A stretch of 64,000 nt of DNA, taken from assembly GCA_965277805.1 (NCBI GenBank), contig OZ255842.1, forward strand, positions 4,960,001 through 5,024,000. The letters run 5' to 3'. The notes beneath the pieces were generated by a model. That model searched no databases and was not told the origin of the DNA. It saw only the letters and a program-made list of their open reading frames with translations. Made by a program: the position numbers and the translations under genes. This DNA comes from Candidatus Lustribacter sp. (GTDB lineage: Bacteria > Vulcanimicrobiota > Vulcanimicrobiia > Vulcanimicrobiales > Vulcanimicrobiaceae). Below are positions 17,600-26,942 of this stretch, one piece after another (position 1 is the first letter of the stretch; every line of letters begins with the position of its first letter).

Positions 17600-18327
17600 G
17601 TTTTACCGAACGTTTCAGCGACCTTGCCGGCGCGTATGTGGCGGCGCGGCCGTCGTATCCCGTCGAGTCGGTCGACATCCTCCTCGACGGACTCGGAGAT
17701 CCGGCCTCGCTCGCCGTCGCCGACATCGGTGCCGGCACCGGCATCTCGGCCCGTGTCATTGCGGCTCGCGGACCGCTCGTGTACGCGATCGAGCCCAACG
17801 CCAAGATGCGTGAAGCCGCTGCGGCCGATCCGCGCGTGAAATGGATCAACGGCACCGCCGAAGCGACGACGCTACCGGATGCTTCGGTCAACGTCATCGC
17901 GGCTTTCCAAGCCTGGCACTGGGTCGAACATCCGGCCGGCGTCGCCGAAGCGCGGCGCATCCTGCGTCCGCACGGCCGTCTCGCCGCAATCTATAACGAA
18001 CGCGATGAGCGCGATGAGTTCACGGCCGGCTACGGCGAGATCATCATGAAGTATGCGACCGACGCGACCGAGCAGCGCCGGGCCGATGCGCTCGCGGCCT
18101 TCACCACGATCGATCCCGCGCGCACGCAGCGCTTCGAGTACGTAAACATCCACCACCTCGACCGCGCCGGCTTGCACAAGCGTGCCGAGAGTTCGTCGTA
18201 TCTTCCACAGACGGGTGAAGACGCCGAGGCGATGCACGCCGAGATCGATGATCTCTTCACCGAGTACGAAAAGAACGACAACGTGGACATGCACTTAGTC
18301 ACGCTGGTGGTGCGCGTCGACACCTAG
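17596..18327 (+). CDS. Class I SAM-dependent methyltransferase
   Basis: YVAARPSYP, VADIGAGTG, FQAWHW. Confidence 0.9.
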   Translation: MSFTERFSDLAGAYVAARPSYPVESVDILLDGLGDPASLAVADIGAGTGISARVIAARGPLVYAIEPNAKMREAAAADPRVKWINGTAEATTLPDASVNVIAAFQAWHWVEHPAGVAEARRILRPHGRLAAIYNERDERDEFTAGYGEIIMKYATDATEQRRADALAAFTTIDPARTQRFEYVNIHHLDRAGLHKRAESSSYLPQTGEDAEAMHAEIDDLFTEYEKNDNVDMHLVTLVVRVDT

Positions 18328-18406
18328 AACCGCCTCAGCCGACGGCCGTAAGAAAAGTAAACGCCTCGCGCCTTCGCGCTCGGCTTCTCGAGCCGTGTTC
18401 TTGCGC

Positions 18407-18540
18407 TGTCATTCCGAGCGGAGCGCCGTCGGGCGCGCAGTCGAGGAACCAGCCGTAACCGCGGCGATCAGCGGGGCAACTCCACTCACCGTGCGCGGCG
18501 ACGGCGATTGCGGCGGTCCCTCGACAAGCTCGGGGTGACA
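18407..18540. repeat. REP/MITE-like element with imperfect terminal inverted repeats
   Basis: TGTCATTCCGAGC ... GCTCGGGGTGACA; left arm matches 54826-54867, right arm matches 31345-31373, 45983-46007 and 46482-46505. Confidence 0.8.
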
Positions 18541-18545
18541 GGGGG

Positions 18546-20615
18546 ATGATGGATCCGGCCGCTCGGGTTCGAATTGGGATCGATGTCGGCGGTACGTTCA
18601 CCGACGTCGTGGCCGTCGATGCGGATACGCGCGCGATGCTGGCGTCGGTCAAGGTGCCGACGACGCACGATCATGCCGACGGCGTCGCGGCCGGTATCGT
18701 GGCCGGCCTCGAACGGATGCTGCGCGAGCACGACATCGATCCGGGCGCGGTGACGTTCATCGCCCACTCGACGACGCAGGCCACGAACGCGTTGCTCGAA
18801 GGCGACGTCGCGCGGGTCGGCGTCGTCCGCTTTGGTTCGGCGTTCGCGCGCGCATCGATGCGTTTCAAGCCGATTCCGCTGGCCGCCGGCATCGCGCTCG
18901 CGCCGGCCTTTCTCGATGCGACCGCGAGCGCGGACGATGCGTGGTTCGAGCGCGCGCGTTCGAGCGGTATCGATGCGTTCGTGGCGAGCGAGGCCTTTGC
19001 GGTCGACCGTCCTGAACGCGAGGAGGCCTTCGTCGGCGCGGCGCGCGCCCGCGGTTTTGCCGCCACCAGCGGCAGCGAGGTCTCGACGATGTACGGCCTG
19101 CGCGCGCGCACGCGCACCGCGGCACTCAACGCCGCGATCTTGCCGCGCATGCTGCGCACCGCGCGGATGACGCGCCGCGCGGTTGCCGACGCGCACATCG
19201 GCGCGCCGCTGATGATCATGCGCTCCGACGGCGGCGTGATGGACGTCGGTGAGGTCGAACGCCGCCCGATTCTCACGATGCTTTCGGGACCCGCCGCGGG
19301 AATTGCCGGCGCACTCTTCCACGAAAACGTCACCGACGGCATCTTCATCGAAGTCGGCGGCACGAGCGCCGACTGCTCGGTGATCCGCCGCGGCCGGCCG
19401 CAACTGCGTCCCGCGCGCATCGGCGGCCACCGCACGCTGTTGCGCACGCTCGACGTGCGCACGCTCGGCGTCGCGGGCGGCTCGCTCGCGCACGTCTCCG
19501 CGGGTGCGGTCAGGGCGGTCGGCCCGCGCTCGGCGCACATCGCCGGCTACCGCTACGCGTCGTTTTGCGACGTGGAAACGATCGCGGCCGCGCGGCCGGC
19601 GGTCGAAGACGGTATCGCGGCGCTCGCGGATGACGCCGGCCGCATCGCGATCACGCCGACGTGTGCGGCCAACGTGCTCGGCTTCGTGCCGGCGACCGCA
19701 TTCGCGCACGGCAATGCGGCCGCCGCGCGCTTAGCGTGCGAGCGCGTGGGCGAAGCGCTGGGTCTCACTGCAGACGCGCTGGCGCGCGCGATCCTCGAAC
19801 GGTCGACCGCGACGCTGAAGGGCGCGATCGACGAGTTGATCGCCGATTACGAACTCGATCGCGCGACGGTCGTGCTGGTCGGCGGCGGTGGTGGTGCGGC
19901 CGCGCTGATTCCGTTTGCCGCGCAAGCGCTCGGCTTCGAGCACCGCATCGCGCGCGATGCCGAGGTGATCTCGCCGCTCGGTGTGGCGCTCGCGCTCGTG
20001 CGCGACGTCGTCGAGCGCACGATCGTCGATCCGGCGCCGGCCGATCTCGTGCGCATCCGCCGCGAAGCCGTCGACGCCGCGATTCGCGCCGGGGCCGCGC
20101 CCGGCGGCATCGAAGTGGTCATCGATATCGACCGCTCGCGCAACCGCGTGCGTGCTTCGGCCTCCGGCGCAACGGCGCTCGTCGGCGGTCCCAACGCTGC
20201 GGCGAGCGCGAGTGCCGAAGAGCGCATCGCCGCCGCCGTGCGCGCGTTGCGCGTCGAGCCGGCGGCCGCCCACGTGATCGCGCAGACGCCCGGCTTCATC
20301 GCCGTTGAAGCAAAGAACAGCGTTGCGATCGTCGACGAGCGCGCGGTCGTGCGGCTGATCGTACCGCGCGCGATCGTCGTGCCGGCGACGGCCGCCGGAA
20401 CGGCCGCCGCGATCGCGTCGACGATCGAAGAGCACACATCCTACGGCGACGTCGGCCGCGCGCTGCCCGATCTGTGGCTCTTGGCCGGAGCGCGCATCGT
20501 CGAACTCGCCGGTCTCACCGATGCCGAAAGCGCCGTTGCGCTTGCCGCCGACGAAATCACCGGCCTGCCCGATACGACGGCGATCGCCATCGTCGCCGCG
20601 GCGAAGCGCGCCTAA
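18546..20615 (+). CDS. Hydantoinase A/oxoprolinase-family protein with C-terminal extension
   Basis: IGIDVGGTFTD, HSTTQATNALLEG, MRSDGG, MLSGPAAG, EVGGTS. Confidence 0.88.
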   Translation: MMDPAARVRIGIDVGGTFTDVVAVDADTRAMLASVKVPTTHDHADGVAAGIVAGLERMLREHDIDPGAVTFIAHSTTQATNALLEGDVARVGVVRFGSAFARASMRFKPIPLAAGIALAPAFLDATASADDAWFERARSSGIDAFVASEAFAVDRPEREEAFVGAARARGFAATSGSEVSTMYGLRARTRTAALNAAILPRMLRTARMTRRAVADAHIGAPLMIMRSDGGVMDVGEVERRPILTMLSGPAAGIAGALFHENVTDGIFIEVGGTSADCSVIRRGRPQLRPARIGGHRTLLRTLDVRTLGVAGGSLAHVSAGAVRAVGPRSAHIAGYRYASFCDVETIAAARPAVEDGIAALADDAGRIAITPTCAANVLGFVPATAFAHGNAAAARLACERVGEALGLTADALARAILERSTATLKGAIDELIADYELDRATVVLVGGGGGAAALIPFAAQALGFEHRIARDAEVISPLGVALALVRDVVERTIVDPAPADLVRIRREAVDAAIRAGAAPGGIEVVIDIDRSRNRVRASASGATALVGGPNAAASASAEERIAAAVRALRVEPAAAHVIAQTPGFIAVEAKNSVAIVDERAVVRLIVPRAIVVPATAAGTAAAIASTIEEHTSYGDVGRALPDLWLLAGARIVELAGLTDAESAVALAADEITGLPDTTAIAIVAAAKRA

Positions 20616-21703
20616 GCGCCGAGTTCGGCTGCGGCGATCGTGTAGCGAAACGCGGCGGCATCGGTGCCGTCGCGATGCGCGGTGCCGCTTTCGGCTTGCG
20701 GGTAGAGCAGAAACGGCAACGCGCCGATCGTTGCGCCCGGCAGCTGCACGTTCCGGCCGTCGTTGTAGGCGATCCAGTTCGTCTCCCACGCGCCGAAGAG
20801 CGTGCCGCGCGCGTCGATCACCACCTGATCGTCCAGGGTGAGCCGGCCCGGCGGTTCGGCGGCGATGACGTGACGCACGTCGGCCGGATCGGCCGGCACC
20901 CAGCCGAAGCCGCCGAGAAACACTTCGGCGCGCACGTGCTGCGCGTGCGTCACGTCGGGCGCGTTCGCACCGAGGCTCGTGTAGCCGAACTGCGAGGGCG
21001 CAACGCGGATGCCGTACAGCATGCGCGCAGGCAAGCCCGCCGCGCGCGCGAGCGCGACGAAGAGCCCGTTGATGTCGGCGCTCTTTCCGCCGAGCTTGCC
21101 GCTGGTGAGCATGGCCGCAGCGTCACCCGTTCCGCAGCCGGCGACCTTCGGATCTTCGAACGTGTTGGTGACGACCCACTCGTAGATCGCGCGCGCTTTA
21201 TCGACGTCGTTCGTCAGGCCGGCGGTGATTTTGCCGGCCGTACCGGCGACGATGCCGGCGGCCGCCGCGCTATAGCGCAGGCGGTCAGCCGCAGGCAGAT
21301 CGGGCGGCGTTGCGGGCTTCGCGAAGTTGGTCGTGCGATCGCGCGTCGCAACGCGGCTCACGATCGCGATGGCCGGCGCCGCCGCGGCGCTCGTCCATTG
21401 CGCGTAGACCATCGACGTGCCCGACGCCGGATCGCGCACGAGCTTCACGCTCGTGGCGTTGGTTTTCCAGCGGCTCGCGGCCGGTTTGATCCAACTCGCC
21501 GCGCTCAGCGCCGGCACGGGGACCCACGCTGCCGCCGGACCGGTAACGCCGGCGAGTTCGATCGTGGTGGTCAGGTCGAAGGTGCGCCAGCGATCGGGCT
21601 GCGGCGAGAACGGATCGAGCATCGGCAGCGCCCCGGCCACGCGCGGTAGCGCGAACGCAGCGGTAGCCGCGAACGCCGAGCCCCAAAAATGCCGTCGCCG
21701 CAC
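20612..21703 (-). CDS. Tat-exported transglutaminase-like protein; catalytic Cys position is Ser
   Basis: RRRHF signal; KARAIYEWV, GCGTGD, GGKSADINGLF, HVRAEV, GWVPADPAD. Confidence 0.85.
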   Translation of the reverse strand: MRRRHFWGSAFAATAAFALPRVAGALPMLDPFSPQPDRWRTFDLTTTIELAGVTGPAAAWVPVPALSAASWIKPAASRWKTNATSVKLVRDPASGTSMVYAQWTSAAAAPAIAIVSRVATRDRTTNFAKPATPPDLPAADRLRYSAAAAGIVAGTAGKITAGLTNDVDKARAIYEWVVTNTFEDPKVAGCGTGDAAAMLTSGKLGGKSADINGLFVALARAAGLPARMLYGIRVAPSQFGYTSLGANAPDVTHAQHVRAEVFLGGFGWVPADPADVRHVIAAEPPGRLTLDDQVVIDARGTLFGAWETNWIAYNDGRNVQLPGATIGALPFLLYPQAESGTAHRDGTDAAAFRYTIAAAELGA

Positions 21704-21715
21704 GTCTCGAACCGC

Positions 21716-22417
21716 TTACTGCTTAGCTGCGATGTACAACCCGTGCGGGAACAAATCGGAGCGTTCGCTGCGCGCTTTGAGACCGGCAGCATCGAAAGCC
21801 AAACGGTACTGTGCGTCGGTGAAGAGCTGCTGCACGTGCGTTTCGCTGAAGCCCGACATGCCGGTCGTTTCGCCGACCAGGTACTCATAGCGCGTCACCG
21901 AGGTCGTGCCGTAGCGTTCGCTCGCGCCGATGCGCGCGATCTTCAACTGCGGCTGGTCGACGAACGTTCCTTCGATCGTGTTGTCGCGCCATTCGTCGGG
22001 GCCGATCCACGGCTCGATGATCACGAGGCCGCCGGTGGTCACGGCGTTCGCGAAGCGCACGATCGTGCTGCGCAGCTCCGATTCGTCGGCCAGATAGGCG
22101 ATCGAGCCGAAGAGGCACATGGCGACGTCGTACGGCCGTTCGACCGTGAGATCTTGCATCCGGCCCACGCGAAACGGCACGCCGGGCAGCCGTTCCTTGG
22201 CGATCTCGATCATCGTAGCGTCGGCGTCCTCGCCGGCGACTTCGAACTGCTTGTGCATGAACCGCAAGTGCGCGCCGGTGCCGCAGGCCACGTCGAGCAC
22301 GCGATGCGCGCCGGGATTGGCCACGCCGATCGCGGCGCGCAGCCAGGCCGCCTCGGCGGCGTAATCCTTACCCCGCGCGTTGATCGCCTCGTAAAACGCT
22401 TGCGACTTATTGAACAC
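21716..22417 (-). CDS. Class I SAM-dependent methyltransferase (DesVI/TylM1-like)
   Basis: GKDYAAEA, VLDVACGTGAHL, CLFGSIAY, IEPW; start GTG 22417. Confidence 0.85.
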   Translation of the reverse strand: MFNKSQAFYEAINARGKDYAAEAAWLRAAIGVANPGAHRVLDVACGTGAHLRFMHKQFEVAGEDADATMIEIAKERLPGVPFRVGRMQDLTVERPYDVAMCLFGSIAYLADESELRSTIVRFANAVTTGGLVIIEPWIGPDEWRDNTIEGTFVDQPQLKIARIGASERYGTTSVTRYEYLVGETTGMSGFSETHVQQLFTDAQYRLAFDAAGLKARSERSDLFPHGLYIAAKQ

Positions 22418-22466
22418 CCCGCGTCCCTTCGGCGGTGGAGCGAGCCCGGCCCGCGAAGGCGAGCGC

Positions 22467-23828
22467 GTGGAAGAGTACGACGTTCTGGTCGTGGGTGGCG
22501 GCAACGCCGGCTGCGCTGCGGCGTTGGCGGCGGCCCGTACCGGCGCGCGCACGCTCTTGGTCGAACGCTACGGCTTCCTGGGCGGGACGGCCACCGCTGC
22601 AATGGTCGGGCCGTGGATGACCTTTCATTCCGGGAGCGACCGGATCGTGGGCGGGATCGCGCAAGAGATCGTGGAGCGGCTGATCGCGCTCGGCGGCTCG
22701 CCCGGACACATTCCCGATTCGTCGGACTACGTGCCGACGATCACGCCGTTCGATCCCGAGATCCACAAGGCGCTGCTGTTCGACCTGATGCACGAATCCG
22801 GCGTGCAGCTGCTGTTGCACGCGCTGGTGGTCGATGCCGTGCGCGACGAGCGCGGTACGGTGCGAGGGGCGGCGTTCGCAACCGTCGGCGGGATGCGCAC
22901 GTATTTCGCCAAGCGCACAATCGACGCGACCGCCGATGCGTTCGTGGCCGCCGCCGCGGGTTGCGCGATGCAGCAAGGCGACGAGCGCGGGCGCGTGCAG
23001 CCGTCGAGCCTGATGTTCCGGCTCAGCCACGTCGACATGGACGCCGTCGCGGAATACGTGCGCGACCATCCCGATCAGATGCGCTCTTCGCTCGCGCCTG
23101 CGCAGCGCAACGCAGCGGCGCTGACGGCCGTCGCGGGATTGTACGAGCTGTGGCAAGGCGCGCAGGCCGACGGCATCCGCGTACCGCGCGAACTCGTGTC
23201 GTTCTTCATATCACCATATCCGGACGAGGTGACGGTGAACATGACGCGCGTCACCGACATCGATCCGCTCGATCCCGACGACCTCACGCGCGCCGAGATC
23301 GAAGCGCGCGGGCAAGCGATGCGGCTGGTCACGTTCTTTCGCGAACGCGTGCCGGGGTTTGCGCACGCGCGCATCGCTGCGACCGCGACGCAGATCGGCG
23401 TGCGTGAGTCGCGCCGCATCGAAGGCGTCTACACGCTCACGCGCGAGGATATTCTCGAGCGTCACACGTTCGACGATGCGGTGGCGCGCAGCGCGTATCC
23501 GATCGACATCCACAACCCTTCGGGCAGCGGAACGACGACGCACCGGCTGCCGCCCGGAACGTCGTACGAGATTCCCTACCGCTGCCTCGTGCCGCGCACC
23601 GTCGACGATCTGCTCGTTGCAGGGCGCTGCATTTCCACCACGCACGAAGCGCTCGCGTCGACGCGGCTGACGCCGACCGTGATGACGCTCGGCCAAGCCG
23701 CGGGAACGGCGGCTGCGCTCTCGTTGCAAACGAACGTGCTGCCGCGCGCGCTCGACGTGCAGGCGTTGCGCGAAAAGCTCGTTGCAGACGGCGTCGATCT
23801 GCGCCGGCCGGCGGTGGCCCGTGCCTGA
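22467..23828 (+). CDS. FAD-dependent oxidoreductase (PF12831-like)
   Basis: YDVLVVGGGNAG, IDATAD, GVRESRRIEG, YEIPYRCLVP, LLVAGRCIS. Confidence 0.9.
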   Translation: MEEYDVLVVGGGNAGCAAALAAARTGARTLLVERYGFLGGTATAAMVGPWMTFHSGSDRIVGGIAQEIVERLIALGGSPGHIPDSSDYVPTITPFDPEIHKALLFDLMHESGVQLLLHALVVDAVRDERGTVRGAAFATVGGMRTYFAKRTIDATADAFVAAAAGCAMQQGDERGRVQPSSLMFRLSHVDMDAVAEYVRDHPDQMRSSLAPAQRNAAALTAVAGLYELWQGAQADGIRVPRELVSFFISPYPDEVTVNMTRVTDIDPLDPDDLTRAEIEARGQAMRLVTFFRERVPGFAHARIAATATQIGVRESRRIEGVYTLTREDILERHTFDDAVARSAYPIDIHNPSGSGTTTHRLPPGTSYEIPYRCLVPRTVDDLLVAGRCISTTHEALASTRLTPTVMTLGQAAGTAAALSLQTNVLPRALDVQALREKLVADGVDLRRPAVARA

Positions 23829-24105
23829 TCCGCGCACGGTCGCGCGCGAGCGCGGGATCGCGATCGAACTCGCCGATCTCGGTTCGTGGGGCGATGCGAC
23901 GCTCGTTTCGGAATACGATCCGGCGGGACCGGTGATCCGCATCAACACGCGCGCGATCCCGCCCGGCTCGTCGTGCGACGTGCGCGAGCACATCGACCGC
24001 GCGGTGACGCACGAACTCTACCATCATGCCGAAGCGACGGGCGAGGTGGACAAAATCGCGAGCCATAGAGCGCGCGAACGTGCGGCCGGCGAACACACGC
24101 TCTGA
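23821..24105 (+). CDS. Small HEXXH metallopeptidase-like protein, 94 aa
   Basis: VIRIN...AVTHELYHHAE; overlaps both neighbours. Confidence 0.65.
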   Translation: MPDPRTVARERGIAIELADLGSWGDATLVSEYDPAGPVIRINTRAIPPGSSCDVREHIDRAVTHELYHHAEATGEVDKIASHRARERAAGEHTL

Positions 24106-25034
24106 TGCCAGCGCTCTATGCCGGAATCGACGGCGGCCAATCTTCGACGATCGCCGTGGTGCTCGATGCGCGCGGAACGGTGCTGGGCCGCGGCACGGCC
24201 GGTCCGAGCGATCACGTCGACGAGCCGAAGAATACGCAGCGCGCAGCGCAGGCGTGCGAATCGGCGCTCGCGGCCGCGCTGGCCGCGGCGAACTTGCCGC
24301 ACGATACGGAGCCGGCGGCGGTCGTCATCGGGCTCTCGGGCTACGACGGTGACTGGTACGGGCGCGAACCCGTCTTCGGCCAGGCGATCGTGCGCTACAA
24401 GCACGACTCCGTCATCGCGCTCGCCGGTGCGATCCGCGAGCGGCCGGCGGCGGTCGTCATTGCCGGCACCGGCTCCGTCGCCTACGGCGAATCGGCGCAA
24501 CGCGATCCGGTCCGGGCCGGCGGTTTCGGCTACCTGTTCGGCGACGAGGGTAGCAGCTTCGCGATCGCGCGCACGGCCCTGGCGTCGGCGATGCGCTTGA
24601 GCGACCGCGGCGTGCGGACCGACTTGGGCCTCGCCGCCCTCGCGTTCTTCGACTGTCCGGATTTGCGCGCGTTCGCCCGGGCCGTGGCGCTGCGCGAAAT
24701 CGGCCGCCCCCAAGTGGCCACTTTTGCCCGGGTCGTCTTCGATGCCGCGCGGCTCGGCGACCCGGAAGCGGGCAAGATCGTCGAGGACGCGGCCGCGGCG
24801 CTGGCCGGCCTCGCTCAGCTGGTCGTCGAGCAGCTCGGGCACGTCGACATGCCGGCCGTGCCGGTCGCGTTCGTCGGCGGCGCGATGGACAATCCCGAGC
24901 TGCGTCTCGCGGCCGCGCGGCGGCTGGAAGCCGCGACTTCCTTAGGCCGCGTGGTCGCGCCGGCGTTCGAGCCGGCGGTCGGCGCGGCGTTCCTGGCTTT
25001 CGATGCCGCCGGGGTGGCGCGGCCGGCGCCATGA
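24105..25034 (+). CDS. BadF-type N-acetylglucosamine kinase-like ATPase
   Basis: GIDGGQSST, VIAGTGS, GGFGYLFGDEGS. Confidence 0.88.
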   Translation: MPALYAGIDGGQSSTIAVVLDARGTVLGRGTAGPSDHVDEPKNTQRAAQACESALAAALAAANLPHDTEPAAVVIGLSGYDGDWYGREPVFGQAIVRYKHDSVIALAGAIRERPAAVVIAGTGSVAYGESAQRDPVRAGGFGYLFGDEGSSFAIARTALASAMRLSDRGVRTDLGLAALAFFDCPDLRAFARAVALREIGRPQVATFARVVFDAARLGDPEAGKIVEDAAAALAGLAQLVVEQLGHVDMPAVPVAFVGGAMDNPELRLAAARRLEAATSLGRVVAPAFEPAVGAAFLAFDAAGVARPAP

Positions 25035-25732
25035 ACCTCGAACGGCTGCGCGGGCTGATCGTCTCGATTCAGCCCGAGCCGGACTCCGTCCTCAACCGCC
25101 CCGAAATCGTGGCGCTGCTGGCGCGGGCCGTGGTGGCCAATGGCGCGGCGGGCGTCCGCATCGAGGGCGCGGAGCGGATCGCAGCGGTCCGGGCCGCGGT
25201 CGACGTTCCGATCGTCGGCCTCATTAAACGAAGCTTTCCGGGCTTCGCCCCCTACATCACCCCGACCGCGGAAGAGATCGACGCGATCGTTGCGGCCGGC
25301 GCCGAGATCGTTGCCTTCGATGCCACCCCGCGAGCACGTCCGCACGGCGATGACGTGCCCGCCATGGCCGGCCGGATTCACGCTCGCGGCGCCGTCGCGA
25401 TGGCTGACTGCGCCACCAGTGCGGAGGTGCGCGCGGCCGCTGCGGCCGGCGCAGAGATCGTTGCCACGACGCTCAGCGGCTACACCGACGATACCCGCGG
25501 CCGGCACCTGCCCGCGCTCGACGTGTTGCGCGACGCCGTAGCGACCGGGGCGTTCGCGATCCTCGAGGGCGGCGTGGCGATGCCCGATGAGGTGGCCGCC
25601 GCGATCGCCGCCGGCGCCGGGGCCGTTGTGGTCGGGACCGCGCTGACGAACCTGGATGCGCGCGTGCGTACGTTCGCTACGGCTGCTCGACAGAAGTCCG
25701 CGCCGGAAAATCGTTTGCCCCGTACTGTGTGA
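25031..25732 (+). CDS. nanE: N-acetylmannosamine-6-phosphate 2-epimerase
   Basis: GLIVSIQP, VPIVGLIKR, YITPT, TTLSGYT, VVVGTALT. Confidence 0.88.
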   Translation: MNLERLRGLIVSIQPEPDSVLNRPEIVALLARAVVANGAAGVRIEGAERIAAVRAAVDVPIVGLIKRSFPGFAPYITPTAEEIDAIVAAGAEIVAFDATPRARPHGDDVPAMAGRIHARGAVAMADCATSAEVRAAAAAGAEIVATTLSGYTDDTRGRHLPALDVLRDAVATGAFAILEGGVAMPDEVAAAIAAGAGAVVVGTALTNLDARVRTFATAARQKSAPENRLPRTV

Positions 25733-25761
25733 AAAAGTGGTACGCACCTCGATGGAGAACG

Positions 25762-25777
25762 CGTGACCGATATCACC
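25762..25777. promoter_or_regulatory. Possible CRP/FNR-family box upstream of coxB
   Basis: CGTGA-N6-TCACC, 8/10 match to TGTGA-N6-TCACA, about 35 nt before the coxB start. Confidence 0.3.
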
Positions 25778-25811
25778 GTCCGACAGATGGTGACGTGTTG
25801 AGAGGACGTTC

Positions 25812-26927
25812 GTGGCACATCAGGTCACCAAGACCAAAGTCAGTTTAGGTCCCGGTTTCTGGATCGTTACCGCGGTCATTGCGGTCGCCTCGGCGATCAT
25901 GAGTTACTTCGTCTACGCCAGCGCCTGGCCGATCGGACTGCCCGAGGCCGCGGAGCCCGCCGGTGCCATCGACGACCTCTTCAAATTCCTCGGCGCGGTC
26001 GGCGGCACGATCTTCAACATCGTCACCGGCTACATCATCTACTTCGCGATCGTCTTCCGGCGTAAGAAAAGCGACCCGCCCGACGTCATCGGCGTGCAAG
26101 TGCACGACAATCCGGTCCTCGAGTTCTGGTGGACCGTCATCCCGACGATCCTCGTCGTGATCCTCGCCATCTACTCGGTCGTGATCTGGTCGAGCTTGCA
26201 GAATACCGCAGGCGACGTGCTTACGATGGAAGCGATCGGGCACCAATACTATTTCAGCTTCCGCTATCCGAAGCTGGCCAACCCGGTGAACAACGAGATG
26301 CACCTGCCGGTCAACGTGCCGGTCACGCTGCACGTCACCGCCGACTCGCCGGGCTTTCCGCCGGTCAACCATGGCTTCTGGGTGCCGGAAGTGCGGCTCA
26401 AGGCCGACATGGTTCCGGGCCTGATCAACACGTTGCGCTTCACGCCGCAAACGATCGGCAAGTACCGCATCATCTGCACCGAGTTCTGCGGCGCGCTGCA
26501 CGGCACGATGCGTGCGGTGCTCTACATCGACTCGCAAAAAGATTTCGACGCGTGGTTTGCCAAGCAGGGCGGCGCGGCGGGCGGCGCAACGGCCGGAGCC
26601 GCGGCTTCCGCCGGAGCGGGCATCCCCTTGGCCGGAGGAACGGCCGCTGCCGGCGCAACTCTCTTCGCAGCGAAGTGCAGCGCCTGTCACGCCACCGATG
26701 CCTTCACCGACAAGAAAGTCGGCCCGGGCCTCGGCCACATCTTCGACGATCCGGCGCACCCGAAACTCGTCGACGGCAGCGCCCCGACCCCTGAAGATGC
26801 GGCAAACATCATGAAGAAGGGCTATACCGGCGACATCGGCCAGATGCCCGACGCCACCACGAATCAGATCAGCGACGCGGACATCGCGAACCTCGTCGCT
26901 TACCTCCAAAGCCTCTCGAAGAAATAA
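25812..26927 (+). CDS. coxB: Cytochrome c oxidase subunit II with fused cytochrome c (caa3)
   Basis: LEFWWTVIP; CuA ligands HGFWVP...CTEFCGALHGTM; C-terminal CSACH and GQMP. Confidence 0.95.
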   Translation: MAHQVTKTKVSLGPGFWIVTAVIAVASAIMSYFVYASAWPIGLPEAAEPAGAIDDLFKFLGAVGGTIFNIVTGYIIYFAIVFRRKKSDPPDVIGVQVHDNPVLEFWWTVIPTILVVILAIYSVVIWSSLQNTAGDVLTMEAIGHQYYFSFRYPKLANPVNNEMHLPVNVPVTLHVTADSPGFPPVNHGFWVPEVRLKADMVPGLINTLRFTPQTIGKYRIICTEFCGALHGTMRAVLYIDSQKDFDAWFAKQGGAAGGATAGAAASAGAGIPLAGGTAAAGATLFAAKCSACHATDAFTDKKVGPGLGHIFDDPAHPKLVDGSAPTPEDAANIMKKGYTGDIGQMPDATTNQISDADIANLVAYLQSLSKK

Positions 26928-26942
26928 CGGAGCCGTAGTTCG

